A DNA stretch of 64,000 nt, taken from an uncultured Thermus sp. GTDB lineage: Bacteria; Deinococcota; Deinococci; Deinococcales; Thermaceae. Shown here piece by piece: positions 1-13,887 of the stretch; within the stretch, counting starts at the first letter, position 1; every line of letters starts with the position of its first letter. The notes under the pieces were generated by a model. That model was not told where the DNA came from and ran no database searches. It saw only the letters and a list, made by a program, of their open reading frames with translations. The stretch spans positions 1-64,000 of the forward strand of contig CAMTVD010000016.1 in assembly GCA_947085095.1 (NCBI GenBank), read 5' to 3'. A program made the translations under genes and the position numbers.

Positions 1-186
1 CTCTTACCCCACCGTTTCACCCTTACCCGCACCCCTTTCGGGGCCGCTGGCGGTCTCTTCTCTGTGGCACTTTCCGTCGGGTTACCCCGCCCAGCCGTTA
101 GCTGGCACCCTGCCCTATGGTGCCCGGACTTTCCTCACCCAAAGGAGAAGTCCCTTGGGCGCGACCGCACCCCTATCCTGGGGCAC
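1..186 (-). ncRNA. rnpB: RNase P RNA (class A), 5' portion; continues beyond window start
   Basis: Minus strand reads GAGGAAAGTCCGGGCACC...GGAAAGTGCCACAGA...GGGTGAAACGGTGGGGTAAGAG, the universal RNase P RNA motifs. Extended -10 TGcTAGAAT at 192-200. Confidence 0.95.
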
Positions 187-223
187 TCATCATTCTAGCA
201 CGGACTTTTGCTAAGGTAAAGGG

Positions 224-409
224 GTGCGGCTTCCCTGGTATGCCCCTTTGGGGTTTCTCTTGCTGGCCTTGGTAGGCCTGGCGCTTCTGGGCCTCTTCTG
301 GGTTTTGGGCGCCTTAGCCCTCGTCCTGGGATGGGGGTACTTGGCCTGGCGGAGGCTCCGGCACAAGCTCTTTGGCCCAAGCTGGCGCCGCCTGCCTCCG
401 CCCCGTTAG
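224..409 (+). CDS. small hypothetical membrane protein (61 aa)
   Basis: Hydrophobic Leu/Ala/Gly stretch followed by a basic tail. TAAGGT -10 box 6 nt before the GTG (leaderless pattern). Confidence 0.6.
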   Translation: MRLPWYAPLGFLLLALVGLALLGLFWVLGALALVLGWGYLAWRRLRHKLFGPSWRRLPPPR

Positions 410-489
410 GGCCCTTGCGCCAAGGGCCTTTTCCCCTTAGACTGGAAGGCGGTTTTCGCACGGCCAAGACCGTGCGAGAGGAGGCGAAC

Positions 490-705
490 GTGAAAGAAGG
501 CATCCACCCCAAGCTGGTACCCACCCGCATCATCTGCGGCTGTGGCAACGTCATCCAAACTTATTCCACCAGGCCGGAAATCCACGTGGAGGTTTGCAGC
601 AGGTGCCACCCCTTTTACACGGGGCAGCAGCGGTTCGTGGATACCGAAGGGCGCGTGGAGCGCTTCCAGCGCCGCTACGGGAACACCTACCGCAAGGGGC
701 GCTAA
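490..705 (+). CDS. rpmE: 50S ribosomal protein L31 (Zn-binding form)
   Basis: MKEGIHPK...CGCG...[36 protein letters not shown] before GTG. Confidence 0.97.
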   Translation: MKEGIHPKLVPTRIICGCGNVIQTYSTRPEIHVEVCSRCHPFYTGQQRFVDTEGRVERFQRRYGNTYRKGR

Positions 706-718
706 GGGCTATTCCTGG

Positions 719-748
719 CCGGGGGCCTGCGGGCCCCCGGTTTTGTTT
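719..748 (+). terminator. intrinsic terminator after rpmE
   Basis: CCGGGGGCC-tgcg-GGCCCCCGG followed by TTTTGTTT. Confidence 0.8.
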
Positions 749-778
749 AGAATGCCAAGACGGAGGTTAAGGCAAGCT

Positions 779-1357
779 ATGCCCCCGGTTTTGCACAGGC
801 GCGGTTGGATTGAGGTTATCGCTGGCCCCATGTTCTCCGGCAAGAGCGAGGAGCTGATCCGCCGGGTGAGGCGGGCCCTTATCGCCAAGCAACGGGTTTC
901 GGTCTTCAAACCCCGTTTGGATCACCGCTACCATGAGAGCCACGTGGTGAGCCACGACGGCAAGCGGGTAGAGGCCATTCCCGTGGAAAGTGCTGAGGAG
1001 ATGGAGGCCTATCTTACCCAGCCTCCCGAGGTGGTGGCGGTGGACGAGGTCCAGTTCCTGGATGAGGGCCTTCTGCCCCTGGTGGAGCGCCTGGCCCAGG
1101 AGGGGGTTAGGGTCATTTTGGCGGGGCTGGACCTGGACTTCCGGGGGGAGCCCTTTGGCATCATGCCCGAGCTCTTGGCCCGGGCGGAGTTCGTGGAGAA
1201 GCTCACGGCCATCTGTCCTCGGTGCGGGGCCCCGGCCACCCGCACCCAGAGGCTGGTGAACGGGAAGCCCGCTCGGTACAGCGATCCCGTCATCCTGGTG
1301 GGGGCCGAAGAGCACTACGAGCCCCGGTGCCGGGCCTGCCATCAGGTGCTTCCCTAG
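779..1357 (+). CDS. tdk: thymidine kinase
   Basis: [15 protein letters not shown]-loop, VDEVQF, CPRC...CRAC zinc lasso. Confidence 0.95.
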   Translation: MPPVLHRRGWIEVIAGPMFSGKSEELIRRVRRALIAKQRVSVFKPRLDHRYHESHVVSHDGKRVEAIPVESAEEMEAYLTQPPEVVAVDEVQFLDEGLLPLVERLAQEGVRVILAGLDLDFRGEPFGIMPELLARAEFVEKLTAICPRCGAPATRTQRLVNGKPARYSDPVILVGAEEHYEPRCRACHQVLP

Positions 1358-1755
1358 AGGGGAAGGGTCCGCCCCTTTTTCTTCTGGAAGCGCACCTCGA
1401 GCACCCCCTGGCGCAAGGCCGCCTGGGCGGTGCCCTCCTCTATGGGGCCGGGGAGGTCCAGGGTACGGCGGAAGGTGCCCATGGGCCTCTCCTCCAGAAG
1501 ATAGGTGCCGGGCAGGGGGTGGCGCACCCCGGCCAAAGTGATGCGGCTCCCCTCCTCCAGAAGCTCCAGGTCCTCGGGGCGGACCCCGGGCAGGTCCACC
1601 AGGAGGACGTAGTGCGCCTCGTCCTCCAGGAGGTCCACCCTGGGAGTCCAGGCGGCGGGTTCCTCTCCCGTGAGCTGGTAGGCCAGCTCGGCGATGCGCT
1701 CCTGTAGCTCCTTCAGCTTTCTCAGGGTTTCCAGGCGGTCCAGAGGCTCCAGCAT
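1354..1755 (-). CDS. Hsp20/alpha-crystallin small heat shock protein
   Basis: WTPRVDLLE...DLPGV...[14 protein letters not shown]...GVLEVRF. Confidence 0.9.
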   Translation of the reverse strand: MLEPLDRLETLRKLKELQERIAELAYQLTGEEPAAWTPRVDLLEDEAHYVLLVDLPGVRPEDLELLEEGSRITLAGVRHPLPGTYLLEERPMGTFRRTLDLPGPIEEGTAQAALRQGVLEVRFQKKKGRTLPL

Positions 1756-1773
1756 GCCCTTAGCATAAGGGAT

Positions 1774-2682
1774 ATGGAGGCCGTACCCGTCCTCGCCGGG
1801 CCCACGGGCAGCGGCAAGACCCTCTTGGCCCTCCGCCTGGGGGAGGAGCTTCCCCTCGAGGTGGTCTCCGCCGACGCCACCATGGTCTACCGGGGCCTGG
1901 ACATCGGCACCGACAAGCCCACCCCGGAGGAGAGGGCCCGGGTGCCCCACCACCTGGTGGACATCCTGGATCCCAGCGAGGCCATGAGCGTGGCCCGCTT
2001 CGTGGTCTTGGCGGAGGCGGCCATCGCCGAGGTCTTGGCGAAGGGCAGGGTGCCCCTGGTGGTGGGGGGGACGGGGTACTACATCCGCGCCCTTTCCGAG
2101 GGGATCCACGAGCTTCCGCCCCCGGACCCAGACCTCCAGGCCGCCTTGGGGCGGGAACTGGAGGAACGGGGGCTAGAAGCCCTCTTGGAGGAGTTGCGGC
2201 GGGCGAGCCCTGAGGATGCCTTCCGGGTGGGGAAAAACCCCAGACGGCTTTTGCGGGCCCTGGAGGTCCTGAGGCGCACGGGCCTTCCCCCGGCCCGCCA
2301 CTCCAAAAGGCCTCCCCGCTTCCGCTACGGAAAGCTGGTGCTTTGGCCGGAGAAGGCCTGGCTCTTCCCCAGGCTGGAGGAGCGGGCGAAGGGCCAGTTC
2401 GCCCGGGGCCTGGTGGAGGAGGTAAGGGGTCTTTTGGCCAGGCATCCCAGCATGCCCACGGCCCTCCAGGCCATCGGCTACAAGGAGGTGGTGGGCTACC
2501 TTAGGGGGGAGTATGGCCTGGAAGAGGCCCTTCTTAGGGACATCCGGGCGGTCAAGGCCTACGCCAAAAGGCAGTACACCTGGTTCCGCCACGAGCCTGG
2601 GGACGTGACCTACCTGCCCCGGGGTGGGGAGGAGGCCTACCTGGGCTTCCGGGACTGGTTCCGCCTCCACTTCGGGCTATAG
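1774..2682 (+). CDS. miaA: tRNA dimethylallyltransferase
   Basis: [36 protein letters not shown]. Confidence 0.96.
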   Translation: MEAVPVLAGPTGSGKTLLALRLGEELPLEVVSADATMVYRGLDIGTDKPTPEERARVPHHLVDILDPSEAMSVARFVVLAEAAIAEVLAKGRVPLVVGGTGYYIRALSEGIHELPPPDPDLQAALGRELEERGLEALLEELRRASPEDAFRVGKNPRRLLRALEVLRRTGLPPARHSKRPPRFRYGKLVLWPEKAWLFPRLEERAKGQFARGLVEEVRGLLARHPSMPTALQAIGYKEVVGYLRGEYGLEEALLRDIRAVKAYAKRQYTWFRHEPGDVTYLPRGGEEAYLGFRDWFRLHFGL

Positions 2683-2689
2683 TAGGGGC

Positions 2690-4105
2690 ATGCTGGCCCG
2701 CGAGATCCGCACCCGGGTGGCCCGGGGAGAGATAACCCCCCTGGAGGTGGCCGGGATTTATCTCAAGCGCATTCAGGAAATAGACCGTAACCTGGGGGCC
2801 TTCCTCACCCTGAACGAGGGCCTTTTGGCCGAGGCCAAGGCGGTGGACCCCAGCCTGCCCCTGGCGGGCCTCCTGGTGGCGGTCAAGGACAACATCGCCA
2901 CCAAAGGCCTGCGCACCACTGCGGGAAGCCGCCTTTTAGAGAACTTCCTTCCCCCGTACGAGGCCACCGCCATCGCCCGGCTCAAGGCCCTGGGGGCGCT
3001 TGTTTTGGGCAAGACCAACCTGGACGAGTTCGGCATGGGTTCCAGCACCGAGCACTCCGCCTTCTTCCCCACGAAAAACCCCTTTGACCCTTCCCGGGTC
3101 CCCGGGGGGAGCAGCGGGGGCAGCGCCGCGGCGGTGGCCGCCGATCTGGCTCCCCTGGCCTTGGGTTCAGACACCGGGGGGAGCGTGCGCCAGCCCGCGG
3201 GCTTTTGCGGCATCTTTGGCCTCAAGCCCACCTACGGCCGGGTGAGCCGCTTCGGCCTCATCGCCTACGCCTCCAGCCTGGACCAGATCGGCCCCATGGC
3301 CCGCTCGGTGGAGGACCTGGCCCTCCTCATGGATGCCGTGGCGGGTCCTGACCCCCTGGACGCCACCAGTCTGGACCTGAAGCCCAGGTTCCAGGAGGCC
3401 CTGAAAGACCCCCTCCCCCCCCTGCGCCTCGGGGTGGTGCGGGAGGGGCTCTCCGGGAACACCCCGGGGGTGGAGCGGGCCTTGGAGGAGGCCTTGGAGG
3501 TCTTCCAGGGCCTGGGCTTTTCCGTGAAGGCGGTTTCCTGGCCCTCCCTGCCCCTGGCCCTGGCCGCCTACTACATCCTGGCCCCGGCGGAGGCCAGCTC
3601 CAACCTGGCCCGCTACGATGGGACCCTTTACGGGGTACGGGGGGAAGGGGAGGAGCTTTGGCAGGTGGTGGAGGCCACCCGGGCCCGTTTTGGCCTCGAG
3701 GTCAAGCGGCGGATCCTGGTGGGCACCTTTGTTCTGTCCAGCGGCTACTACGAGGCCTACTACGGCCGGGCCCAGGCCTTCCGCAAGCGCCTCAAGGCCG
3801 AGGCCCAGGCCCTCTTCCAGGAGGTGGACCTCCTCCTCCTCCCCACCACCCCCCACCCCGCCTTCCCCCTGGGAAGCCGCCCCGACCCCCTGGCCATGTA
3901 CCGGGAGGACCTCTACACCGTGGGGGCCAACCTCACGGGCCTCCCCGCCCTTTCCTTCCCCGCGGGGTTTGAGGGGCATCTGCCCGTGGGTCTGCAGCTC
4001 TTGGCTCCCTGGGGGAGGGACGAGCTCCTCTTGCGGGCCGCCTTCGCCCATCAGGAGGCCACCGCCCGGGCCTTCGTCAAGACGCCCCTGGGGGAAGCCC
4101 TCTGA
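2690..4105 (+). CDS. gatA: Asp/Glu-tRNA amidotransferase subunit A
   Basis: Amidase signature [41 protein letters not shown]. Confidence 0.95.
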   Translation: MLAREIRTRVARGEITPLEVAGIYLKRIQEIDRNLGAFLTLNEGLLAEAKAVDPSLPLAGLLVAVKDNIATKGLRTTAGSRLLENFLPPYEATAIARLKALGALVLGKTNLDEFGMGSSTEHSAFFPTKNPFDPSRVPGGSSGGSAAAVAADLAPLALGSDTGGSVRQPAGFCGIFGLKPTYGRVSRFGLIAYASSLDQIGPMARSVEDLALLMDAVAGPDPLDATSLDLKPRFQEALKDPLPPLRLGVVREGLSGNTPGVERALEEALEVFQGLGFSVKAVSWPSLPLALAAYYILAPAEASSNLARYDGTLYGVRGEGEELWQVVEATRARFGLEVKRRILVGTFVLSSGYYEAYYGRAQAFRKRLKAEAQALFQEVDLLLLPTTPHPAFPLGSRPDPLAMYREDLYTVGANLTGLPALSFPAGFEGHLPVGLQLLAPWGRDELLLRAAFAHQEATARAFVKTPLGEAL

Positions 4106-4848
4106 TGGACCCCGCCTTCCGTTACCGTCTGGCCACCCGTCTGGCCCGCCGCCTCCGGGCCGAGGGAAGGCCCCTGCCCCTCCCTGTCCTGGGGGAGGCC
4201 TTGGGCCTTAGGGGCCCTGTGGCCCCGGTGGTGGCCCCCCTTCTGGACGGCCGTTTTGTCCCTGGGGAGGAGGTGGGGCTTTGGGAGTGGCGCTACCCGT
4301 TCCCCCACCCCAAGGAGGCGGTGGTGGTCCTGGATCTGGAGACCACGGGCCTGGCCCCGGGGCTGAACGAGATCATTGAGGTGGCCCTGGTGCGGTTGGA
4401 GGGGAAGCATCGCCGGGCTTTCCAAAGCCTGGTCCGGCCCAGGCGCCCCCCGAGCCCCTTCATCCAGCGCCTCACCGGGATCAGGCCCGAGGACCTGGAA
4501 GGGGCCCCGCCCCTGGAGGCCGTGTTGGCCCAGGCCTATCCCCTTCTCAAAGGGGCGACCCTGGTCATCCAGAACGCCTCCTTTGACCTCGGCTTTCTCC
4601 GCCCGGCCCTCGAGGGCCTGGGGTGGCGGTTGGAGAACCCCGTGGTGGACTCCATCCGCTTGGCCAGGAGGGCCATGCGGGGCCTGAAGCGCTACGGCCT
4701 GGACGCCCTCTCCCAGGTCCTGGAGCTCCCGCCAAGGGAAGAGCACCGGGCCCTGGACGACGTGGAGCGCACCCTTGCCGTGGTCTACGAGGTGTACTAT
4801 ATGCTCACTTCAGGGAGCCCCCGCCCTCTGGCGGATTTGGGGAGGTAG
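4105..4848 (+). CDS. DEDDh 3'-5' exonuclease (DnaQ/Pol III epsilon-like)
   Basis: VVLDLETTG, NASFDLGFL, HRALDD motifs. Confidence 0.9.
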   Translation: MDPAFRYRLATRLARRLRAEGRPLPLPVLGEALGLRGPVAPVVAPLLDGRFVPGEEVGLWEWRYPFPHPKEAVVVLDLETTGLAPGLNEIIEVALVRLEGKHRRAFQSLVRPRRPPSPFIQRLTGIRPEDLEGAPPLEAVLAQAYPLLKGATLVIQNASFDLGFLRPALEGLGWRLENPVVDSIRLARRAMRGLKRYGLDALSQVLELPPREEHRALDDVERTLAVVYEVYYMLTSGSPRPLADLGR

Positions 4849-4849
4849 T

Positions 4850-5908
4850 ATGACCGCGCGCTATGTCCTGACGAGTACCTGTATTCAGACGGGCACCATG
4901 GCCCTCACCGCCTCCTTGCGCCAGCATCTCCTGGGAAAGGAGCGGGTCCGTTTTGTGGACGAGGACGGGGAGGCCTACGAGCTGGAGGTGGACTGGAAAA
5001 GTGGGGTGGTGCGGGGGCTCGCCTCTTACTACGCCAAGCGTCGCCTGGCGGTCAACGAGGCCATTCTGCTCCATTTCCGCGGGGGGGAGGTGGAGCTGAA
5101 GGCCCTGCCCCGCTCCCCTCTGCGTCCTCCCCAGCCCGAGAAGCCCCAGGAAAAGCCCAAGGAGGGGCGCCCGGAGCCGGAAAAGCGGCGGGTGCGGGTC
5201 ACCCCTTACCCCAAGGAGGTGCTCTTTCCCCACGAGCCCGAGGCCCTGGAACCTCCTGGGGTGACCGAGGACCTCAGGCGCCTGGGTTTCTTCCTGGAGG
5301 GGGGGCCACCCTGGGTGTACCGGGCGCCCCTGGGCAGGCGCCAGGTGGTCCTGGTCCTCTTGCGTTTGGGGGAAGGGGAGGTGAGCCTCCTCAAGCCCTA
5401 CCGTCAGCAGGGGGCCCATGTGGCCCTTCTGGCTCCAGAGTCGGAGAAGGCCTCGGTGCCTGAGGGGGTGGGTTTCCTCTCCCCCGAGGCGGTGAACCGC
5501 CTGGTCCGCCTCAAGGCCCGGTTCCCCGTTACCCCCTTGGACCTGGAAGACCTCCTCAGGGGGGGGCGGATGGACCTGGAGGCGGTGGAGGCCCTGGAGG
5601 ACCGCCTGGTGGCCGAGCTTTCCGAGAGGGGGGCTTTGGCCGCTTTTCTCCTCCTTTTGGCCAAGAAGCGCTTGGGGGAGGTGTTCCTTCTTGCGGACCT
5701 CGAGGCCGAGGCCCTAGAGGAGGGCCTCATCCCCGAGGTGGTGCGCCAGGGGGTGGAGCTCCTCGCCCAGCCCCCCTTCCTCTTGCTCAAGCGGCTTTCC
5801 CCAGGGGAGTTTCTCCTCCGGCAGGAGGTGGAGGAGGCCCTCGAGGACCTCATGGCCTTCGCCGAAGGGATGAGAAGCCGCCTCAGCCGCGTCCGTGGGG
5901 GCGCTTGA
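4850..5908 (+). CDS. hypothetical protein (352 aa)
   Basis: Long ORF with Thermus-like codon usage, GGAGG SD, coupled to the exonuclease stop. No family recognised. Confidence 0.8.
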   Translation: MTARYVLTSTCIQTGTMALTASLRQHLLGKERVRFVDEDGEAYELEVDWKSGVVRGLASYYAKRRLAVNEAILLHFRGGEVELKALPRSPLRPPQPEKPQEKPKEGRPEPEKRRVRVTPYPKEVLFPHEPEALEPPGVTEDLRRLGFFLEGGPPWVYRAPLGRRQVVLVLLRLGEGEVSLLKPYRQQGAHVALLAPESEKASVPEGVGFLSPEAVNRLVRLKARFPVTPLDLEDLLRGGRMDLEAVEALEDRLVAELSERGALAAFLLLLAKKRLGEVFLLADLEAEALEEGLIPEVVRQGVELLAQPPFLLLKRLSPGEFLLRQEVEEALEDLMAFAEGMRSRLSRVRGGA

Positions 5909-6859
5909 CGGGGATAGCTTCTCCCAGGGCCAGGTCAAAGCTCTTCCGGGCCCGCTCCTTTAAGGCCTGGACCTTTTCCCAGTCGGGGTAACGGCCGTAC
6001 ATGGCCGCTTTGGAGAGCTTGATGGGGTCCCCGGGAAGCTCCTGGTAGTAGGCCCCGGTTTCCTTGGCGAAGGCGGCCACCTTGGGATCGTAGGAGAGGG
6101 CGGCAAAGGGGGTGCCGGCCGCCGCCGCCAGGATCAGGCCGTGGAGGCGCATGGAGATCACGTAGCCCGCCTGGGCCGCCAGGTAGAGGACCCTCCTGGG
6201 GTCGGATGTCTTCTCCACCTGGTGGTGGGGGAGGTCTGGCAGGATCTCGTCGTCGTAACCGGGTTGCAGGAGGAGGACGAGGACCTGCTTGCCCTCGTGA
6301 AAGAGACGGTTGGCGGTGATGTACAGGGTGCGCACCGCCTCCGGACCCACCCCCGCCCGGGGGATGACCAGGACCAGGTCCTCTTCCCGCCTTACGGGGG
6401 GCGGGGTGAGGAGGAGGGCGGGATCGGCCCCTAGCTCGGCGGGGATTCCCAGCCTTTTGGCGTACTCCAGGGAGTCCTGGTCCCTCACGATCACCGGGAC
6501 CCCCTTCAAAGCCCCTTGGACCTGGCGTTCTCCCCACGGGGAGAGGGGACCCAGGGACTGGTTGAAGACCACCACCCGCTTGCGGAAGAGGCGGGCCAGG
6601 CGGAGGACAGAGAGGTAGTAGAGGAGGCTCAAGGGGCTGGTGGCGTCCTGTAAAAGCCCCCCGCCCCCCAGAAGCCAGAGGTCGGCCGTAAGGAGGGCCA
6701 GGGGGTTCAGGCGGTGGGCGGCCCTGATGCCGTGTTCCTCCCGGGTCCTCCTGGGGTCTCCCGAGAGGGCCAAGACCCCATGCCCCCGGGCCTTGAGCTC
6801 CCGGGAGATGGCCTCGAGGATGGCCTCATCCCCGGCGTTCCTAAACCCGTAGTACCCCG

Positions 6860-6875
<16 letters not shown>
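5883..6875 (-). CDS. csaB: polysaccharide pyruvyl transferase
   Basis: GYYGFRNAGDEA, GGGGLLQD, SMRLHGLI, SYDPKV. Confidence 0.92.
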
Positions 6876-10376
<3,501 letters not shown>

Positions 10377-10532
10377 CCTTACCTCCTGGCCCCACGCTTT
10401 GGGCCCTTTGGCCCATCGGGGGTGCGGGGGTATTTTACCCCAGGTCGGGCTTTCAGATGATTTTCGCAGACACCCCTTCTTTATGGTGGCTGGTGTGCCC
10501 CAAAAGGGCGCGGATGTTCCCGGAGGTGGACA

Positions 10533-10907
10533 GTGTTGCAAGGGTTTAGGGACTTCATTATGCGGGGGAACGTGGTGGACCTGGCGGTGGCGGTCATCAT
10601 CGGTGGAGCCTTCGGCCAAGTGGTCAACTCCTTGGTGGCGGACGTGCTCACGCCCCTCATCGGGGCCTTGGGTGGGGCTCCAGACTTCTCCGCCCTCAAG
10701 CTGGGTCCCATTGCCTTGGGCAAGTTCGTCAACGCCGTGGTGAACTTCTTGATTGTGGCCGCCGCCATCTACTTCCTGGTGGTCACTCCCATGAACGAGC
10801 TGGCCAAGCGCCGGAAGAAGGAGGAGGTCCCGGCGGCCCCGCCCGAGCCCCCGGAGGAGGTCAAGCTTCTCCGGGAGATTCTGGAGGAGATCCGGAAGAA
10901 GGCCTGA
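10533..10907 (+). CDS. mscL: large-conductance mechanosensitive channel
   Basis: FRDFIMRGNVVDLAVAVIIGGAFG; C-terminal LLREILEEI. Confidence 0.96.
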   Translation: MLQGFRDFIMRGNVVDLAVAVIIGGAFGQVVNSLVADVLTPLIGALGGAPDFSALKLGPIALGKFVNAVVNFLIVAAAIYFLVVTPMNELAKRRKKEEVPAAPPEPPEEVKLLREILEEIRKKA

Positions 10908-11712
10908 GGCGGTTCCAGAAAAAGAGGCCCAGAAACCCCAGGCCCAGCTCGGGTCTGGGGTCTAGGGTTACCGAGAGGGCGAAGGCGTGGAAGAGGGGGA
11001 CCTCGAGGGCCCTAAGGGGGGCCTGGAGAAGGAGTTCCTTAAGGGCCTTTCCCTGGCGTAGGGCGAGGAGGAGGAGGTAGGGGAGGTAGGGCCAGGGGCC
11101 CGTGGCGAGGCCCAGGGCGGAAAGGCCCAGGGCGGCGAAGGCCAGGCCCCGGGCGGGGGGAAGGAGGTCCAGGTCCACGGGGCGCAGATCGTCCCACACC
11201 AGGGCCTCTTCCCCAGGCCAGGGGGCCTTGAGGAGGAGAAGCCTTTTCCCCTCGTGCCCCCCCAGGTAGGCCTCCGGCCTGGGGGCCGCCCCCAGGGGGA
11301 GGAGGTGGGCGGGGTCCTCCTTGAGGGCCTGGAAGAGGTGGGGGTCCAGGGGAAGCCCGTCCACCAGAAACCAGGTGTGGGGCCTGCCGGAGAGGAGAAA
11401 GCCCAGGGCCCTTTCCACCCGGTGCCCCCGGTGGGCCAGGATGCCGGGCCAGGCCTCGGGGGGCTCCTTGAGGAGGGTGGCCCTCCAGGGGGGGGCGTGG
11501 GCCAGGGGCTCCGCCTTCAGGGCGAAGCGCACCTCCAAGACCTCTCCTTCCTTCAAGGCGAAGCGGGCCAGGAGGTTGCCAAAGACCTCGTAGACCTCCA
11601 GGGGCTTGTGGGAGAGGGAGAGGTCGGCCAGCCGTTGGCCGGGGAGGTCGCCCGGGAGGGGCAGGAGGTGCTCCCCGGCCTGGGGGGCGCGGTAGCGGAG
11701 GGCGAGGCGCAC
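10861..11712 (-). CDS. hypothetical membrane protein, possibly degenerate transglutaminase-like
   Basis: ORF with C-terminal hydrophobic helices. Start placed at GTG 11712 because TATCGT lies 7 nt upstream (alternative start 11721). Confidence 0.65.
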   Translation of the reverse strand: MRLALRYRAPQAGEHLLPLPGDLPGQRLADLSLSHKPLEVYEVFGNLLARFALKEGEVLEVRFALKAEPLAHAPPWRATLLKEPPEAWPGILAHRGHRVERALGFLLSGRPHTWFLVDGLPLDPHLFQALKEDPAHLLPLGAAPRPEAYLGGHEGKRLLLLKAPWPGEEALVWDDLRPVDLDLLPPARGLAFAALGLSALGLATGPWPYLPYLLLLALRQGKALKELLLQAPLRALEVPLFHAFALSVTLDPRPELGLGFLGLFFWNRLRPSSGSPPESPGEA

Positions 11713-11735
11713 GGAAAACACGATACACTCTTCCC

Positions 11736-12794
11736 ATGGACTGGCTTCTCACCCCGGGCCCCGTGCGCCTGCACCCCAAGGCCCTGGAGGCCCTCTCCCG
11801 CCCCCAGCTCCACCACCGCACCGAGCCCGCCCGGGCCCTTTTCCTAAGGGCGCGCCACCTCCTCAAGGAGGCCTTCCGCACGGAGGGGGAGGTCCTCATC
11901 CTCACGGGAAGCGGCACCCTGGCCATGGAGGCTCTGGTCTTGAACCTCTTCGCCCCTGGGGATCGGGTTCTGGTCCCCGTCTACGGCAAGTTCTCTGAGC
12001 GCTTCGCCGAGATCGCCCAAAGCGCCGGGCTTAGGGTGGAGCGCCTGGACTACCCCTATGGGGCCCTGCCCCGTCCCCAGGACGTGGCCCGGAAGGGGTA
12101 CGAGGGGCTTCTCCTCGTCCACTCCGAGACCTCCACCGGGGCCCTGGTGGACCTTCCCGCCCTGGCCCAAGCCTTCAAGGAGCAAAACCCCGGGGGCCTG
12201 GTGGGGGCGGACATGGTGACGAGTCTCCTCCTAAAGGAGGTGGCCCTCGAGGCCTTCGGGGTGGACGCCGCCGCCTCTGGAAGTCAAAAGGGCCTCATGT
12301 GCCCCCCCGGCCTGGGCTTCGTGGCCCTAGGCCAAAGGGCCCTGGAGCGTTTGCGGCCCCGGGGGTACTACCTGGACCTCTCCCGGGAGCTCAAGGCCCA
12401 AAGGGAGGGGGAGAGCGCCTGGACCCCGGCCATCAACCTGGTGGGGGCGGTGGCGGCGGTGTTGGAGGAGGTCCTCCCCAGGCTGGAGGACCACCTCCGG
12501 CTCAAGGCCTGGCAGAACGACCTCCTCTACGGGGTGGGGGAGGGCCTGGGGCTTAGGCCGGTGCCGGAAGCGAGAAGCCCCGCCGTGGCCGCCTTTTACC
12601 TGCCAGAAGGCGTGCCCTACAAGGCGGTGAAGGAGGCCTTCGCCAGAAGGGGCGCGGTGATCGCCGGGGGGCAGGGGCCCCTCAAGGGGAGAATCTTCCG
12701 CCTCTCCCTCATGGGCCATTACGACCGCTACCAGGCCCTGGGGGTGGCCGCCCTCTTCCAGGAGGCCTTCAGCGATATTCTTCCAGCCTCCTAA
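11736..12794 (+). CDS. class V PLP aminotransferase (serine-pyruvate/alanine-glyoxylate type)
   Basis: LLTPGP, HSETSTG, SGSQKGLMCPPGLGF. Confidence 0.92.
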   Translation: MDWLLTPGPVRLHPKALEALSRPQLHHRTEPARALFLRARHLLKEAFRTEGEVLILTGSGTLAMEALVLNLFAPGDRVLVPVYGKFSERFAEIAQSAGLRVERLDYPYGALPRPQDVARKGYEGLLLVHSETSTGALVDLPALAQAFKEQNPGGLVGADMVTSLLLKEVALEAFGVDAAASGSQKGLMCPPGLGFVALGQRALERLRPRGYYLDLSRELKAQREGESAWTPAINLVGAVAAVLEEVLPRLEDHLRLKAWQNDLLYGVGEGLGLRPVPEARSPAVAAFYLPEGVPYKAVKEAFARRGAVIAGGQGPLKGRIFRLSLMGHYDRYQALGVAALFQEAFSDILPAS

Positions 12795-13347
12795 GCATCT
12801 CCTCCCGGGTGTAGACCGCCCGGGCCCCGCCCACCAGCTTGGGCCTGGTCTTGGCGGCGAGGAGGACCGCCTCGCCCAGCTTCCGCACGGAAAGCCTAAG
12901 GGGGACGGCCACGGGGCGGAGATGCATGCCGATCAAGACCCCCCCGATGTCCATCCCCCCGTGGGCCTGGGCCTTCAGGGACTCCACCATCACCGGCTCC
13001 TGGAAGCGCAAAAAGGCGGCGGTGGCCAAGGCTCCCCCCGCCTTGGGGTGGGGGAAGACGCTGACCTCCTCCAGGCCGTAGGCCTCCAAGGCCCTTCGCT
13101 CCACCACCAGGGCCCGGTTCAGGTGCTCGCATCCCTGGACGGCCACGAAGATTCCCCGGTCCAGGAGGGGGGGCAGGAGACCTTCCAGGATGGCCTCCGC
13201 GGCCTCGAGGCTGGGCCTCGTCCCCACCTTCTCCCCCAGGACCTCGCTGGTGGACCCTCCCAGGACGAAGAGGCTCCCTTCGGGCATGGGAAAGAGGCTT
13301 AGGAACTCCAAGGCGGCTTTTTCTGCGTTGAGCCGGATCCCCTCCAT
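12769..13347 (-). CDS. YwlG/UPF0340 (TIGR01440) family protein
   Basis: GGSTSEV, QGCEHLNRALVVER, IGMHL, RPKLVGGARA. Confidence 0.9.
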   Translation of the reverse strand: MEGIRLNAEKAALEFLSLFPMPEGSLFVLGGSTSEVLGEKVGTRPSLEAAEAILEGLLPPLLDRGIFVAVQGCEHLNRALVVERRALEAYGLEEVSVFPHPKAGGALATAAFLRFQEPVMVESLKAQAHGGMDIGGVLIGMHLRPVAVPLRLSVRKLGEAVLLAAKTRPKLVGGARAVYTREEMLRRLEEYR

Positions 13348-13374
13348 ACCCTTAAGCCTAGCGCAGGGGGAAAG

Positions 13375-13400
13375 CATCCGCTCCCCCTTTAGGGAGCGTA
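13375..13400 (+). promoter_or_regulatory. candidate ECF (SigE-like) promoter
   Basis: CATCCG-N15-GCGTA, 24 nt upstream of the 13425 ORF and adjacent to an ECF sigma gene. Confidence 0.6.
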
Positions 13401-13424
13401 GTAGAGGATGAAGGGAGGTTTAGG

Positions 13425-13877
13425 ATGAAGCGCTTTGTGGTGTTGGGGTTGATGGCGGTATTGGTGGTTTGGGTGGCGCAGGGGCAGATGGCCAAGCCCC
13501 TGGAGGTGTACCACGCCGCCTTAAGCGGCCAGGAGTTGCGGGGCACGGCAGTGGTCTTGGTGCTGCCTGGAGGCGGGCTGGAGGTCTTTGTCTACCTAGA
13601 GGGCCTTAGACCCGACTCAGGGGCCTACGCCAACCACATCCACTTCAACCGGGCGGGCAACGCCAACTGCAAGGAGCAGAACGGGGACCAGATCCTGGGC
13701 TTGACCTCCTTGGTGGCCGATACCAACGGCCGGGCCGTGGCCTACACCCGCCTGCCGGGGGCCCGGTTGCCCCCGGGCACCACCTACGTGAACGTCCACG
13801 CCAACACCCCTACTCCGGTGGGCCCGAGCATCGCCTGCGGCGACCTGGGCCAGGTGAAGGGGCCTTCCTCCTATTGA
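13425..13877 (+). CDS. secreted CHRD / Cu-Zn SOD-like fold protein
   Basis: Signal peptide; YANHIH...C...YVNVH...SIACG motifs. Confidence 0.7.
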   Translation: MKRFVVLGLMAVLVVWVAQGQMAKPLEVYHAALSGQELRGTAVVLVLPGGGLEVFVYLEGLRPDSGAYANHIHFNRAGNANCKEQNGDQILGLTSLVADTNGRAVAYTRLPGARLPPGTTYVNVHANTPTPVGPSIACGDLGQVKGPSSY

Positions 13878-13887
13878 AGGGGTGGGG

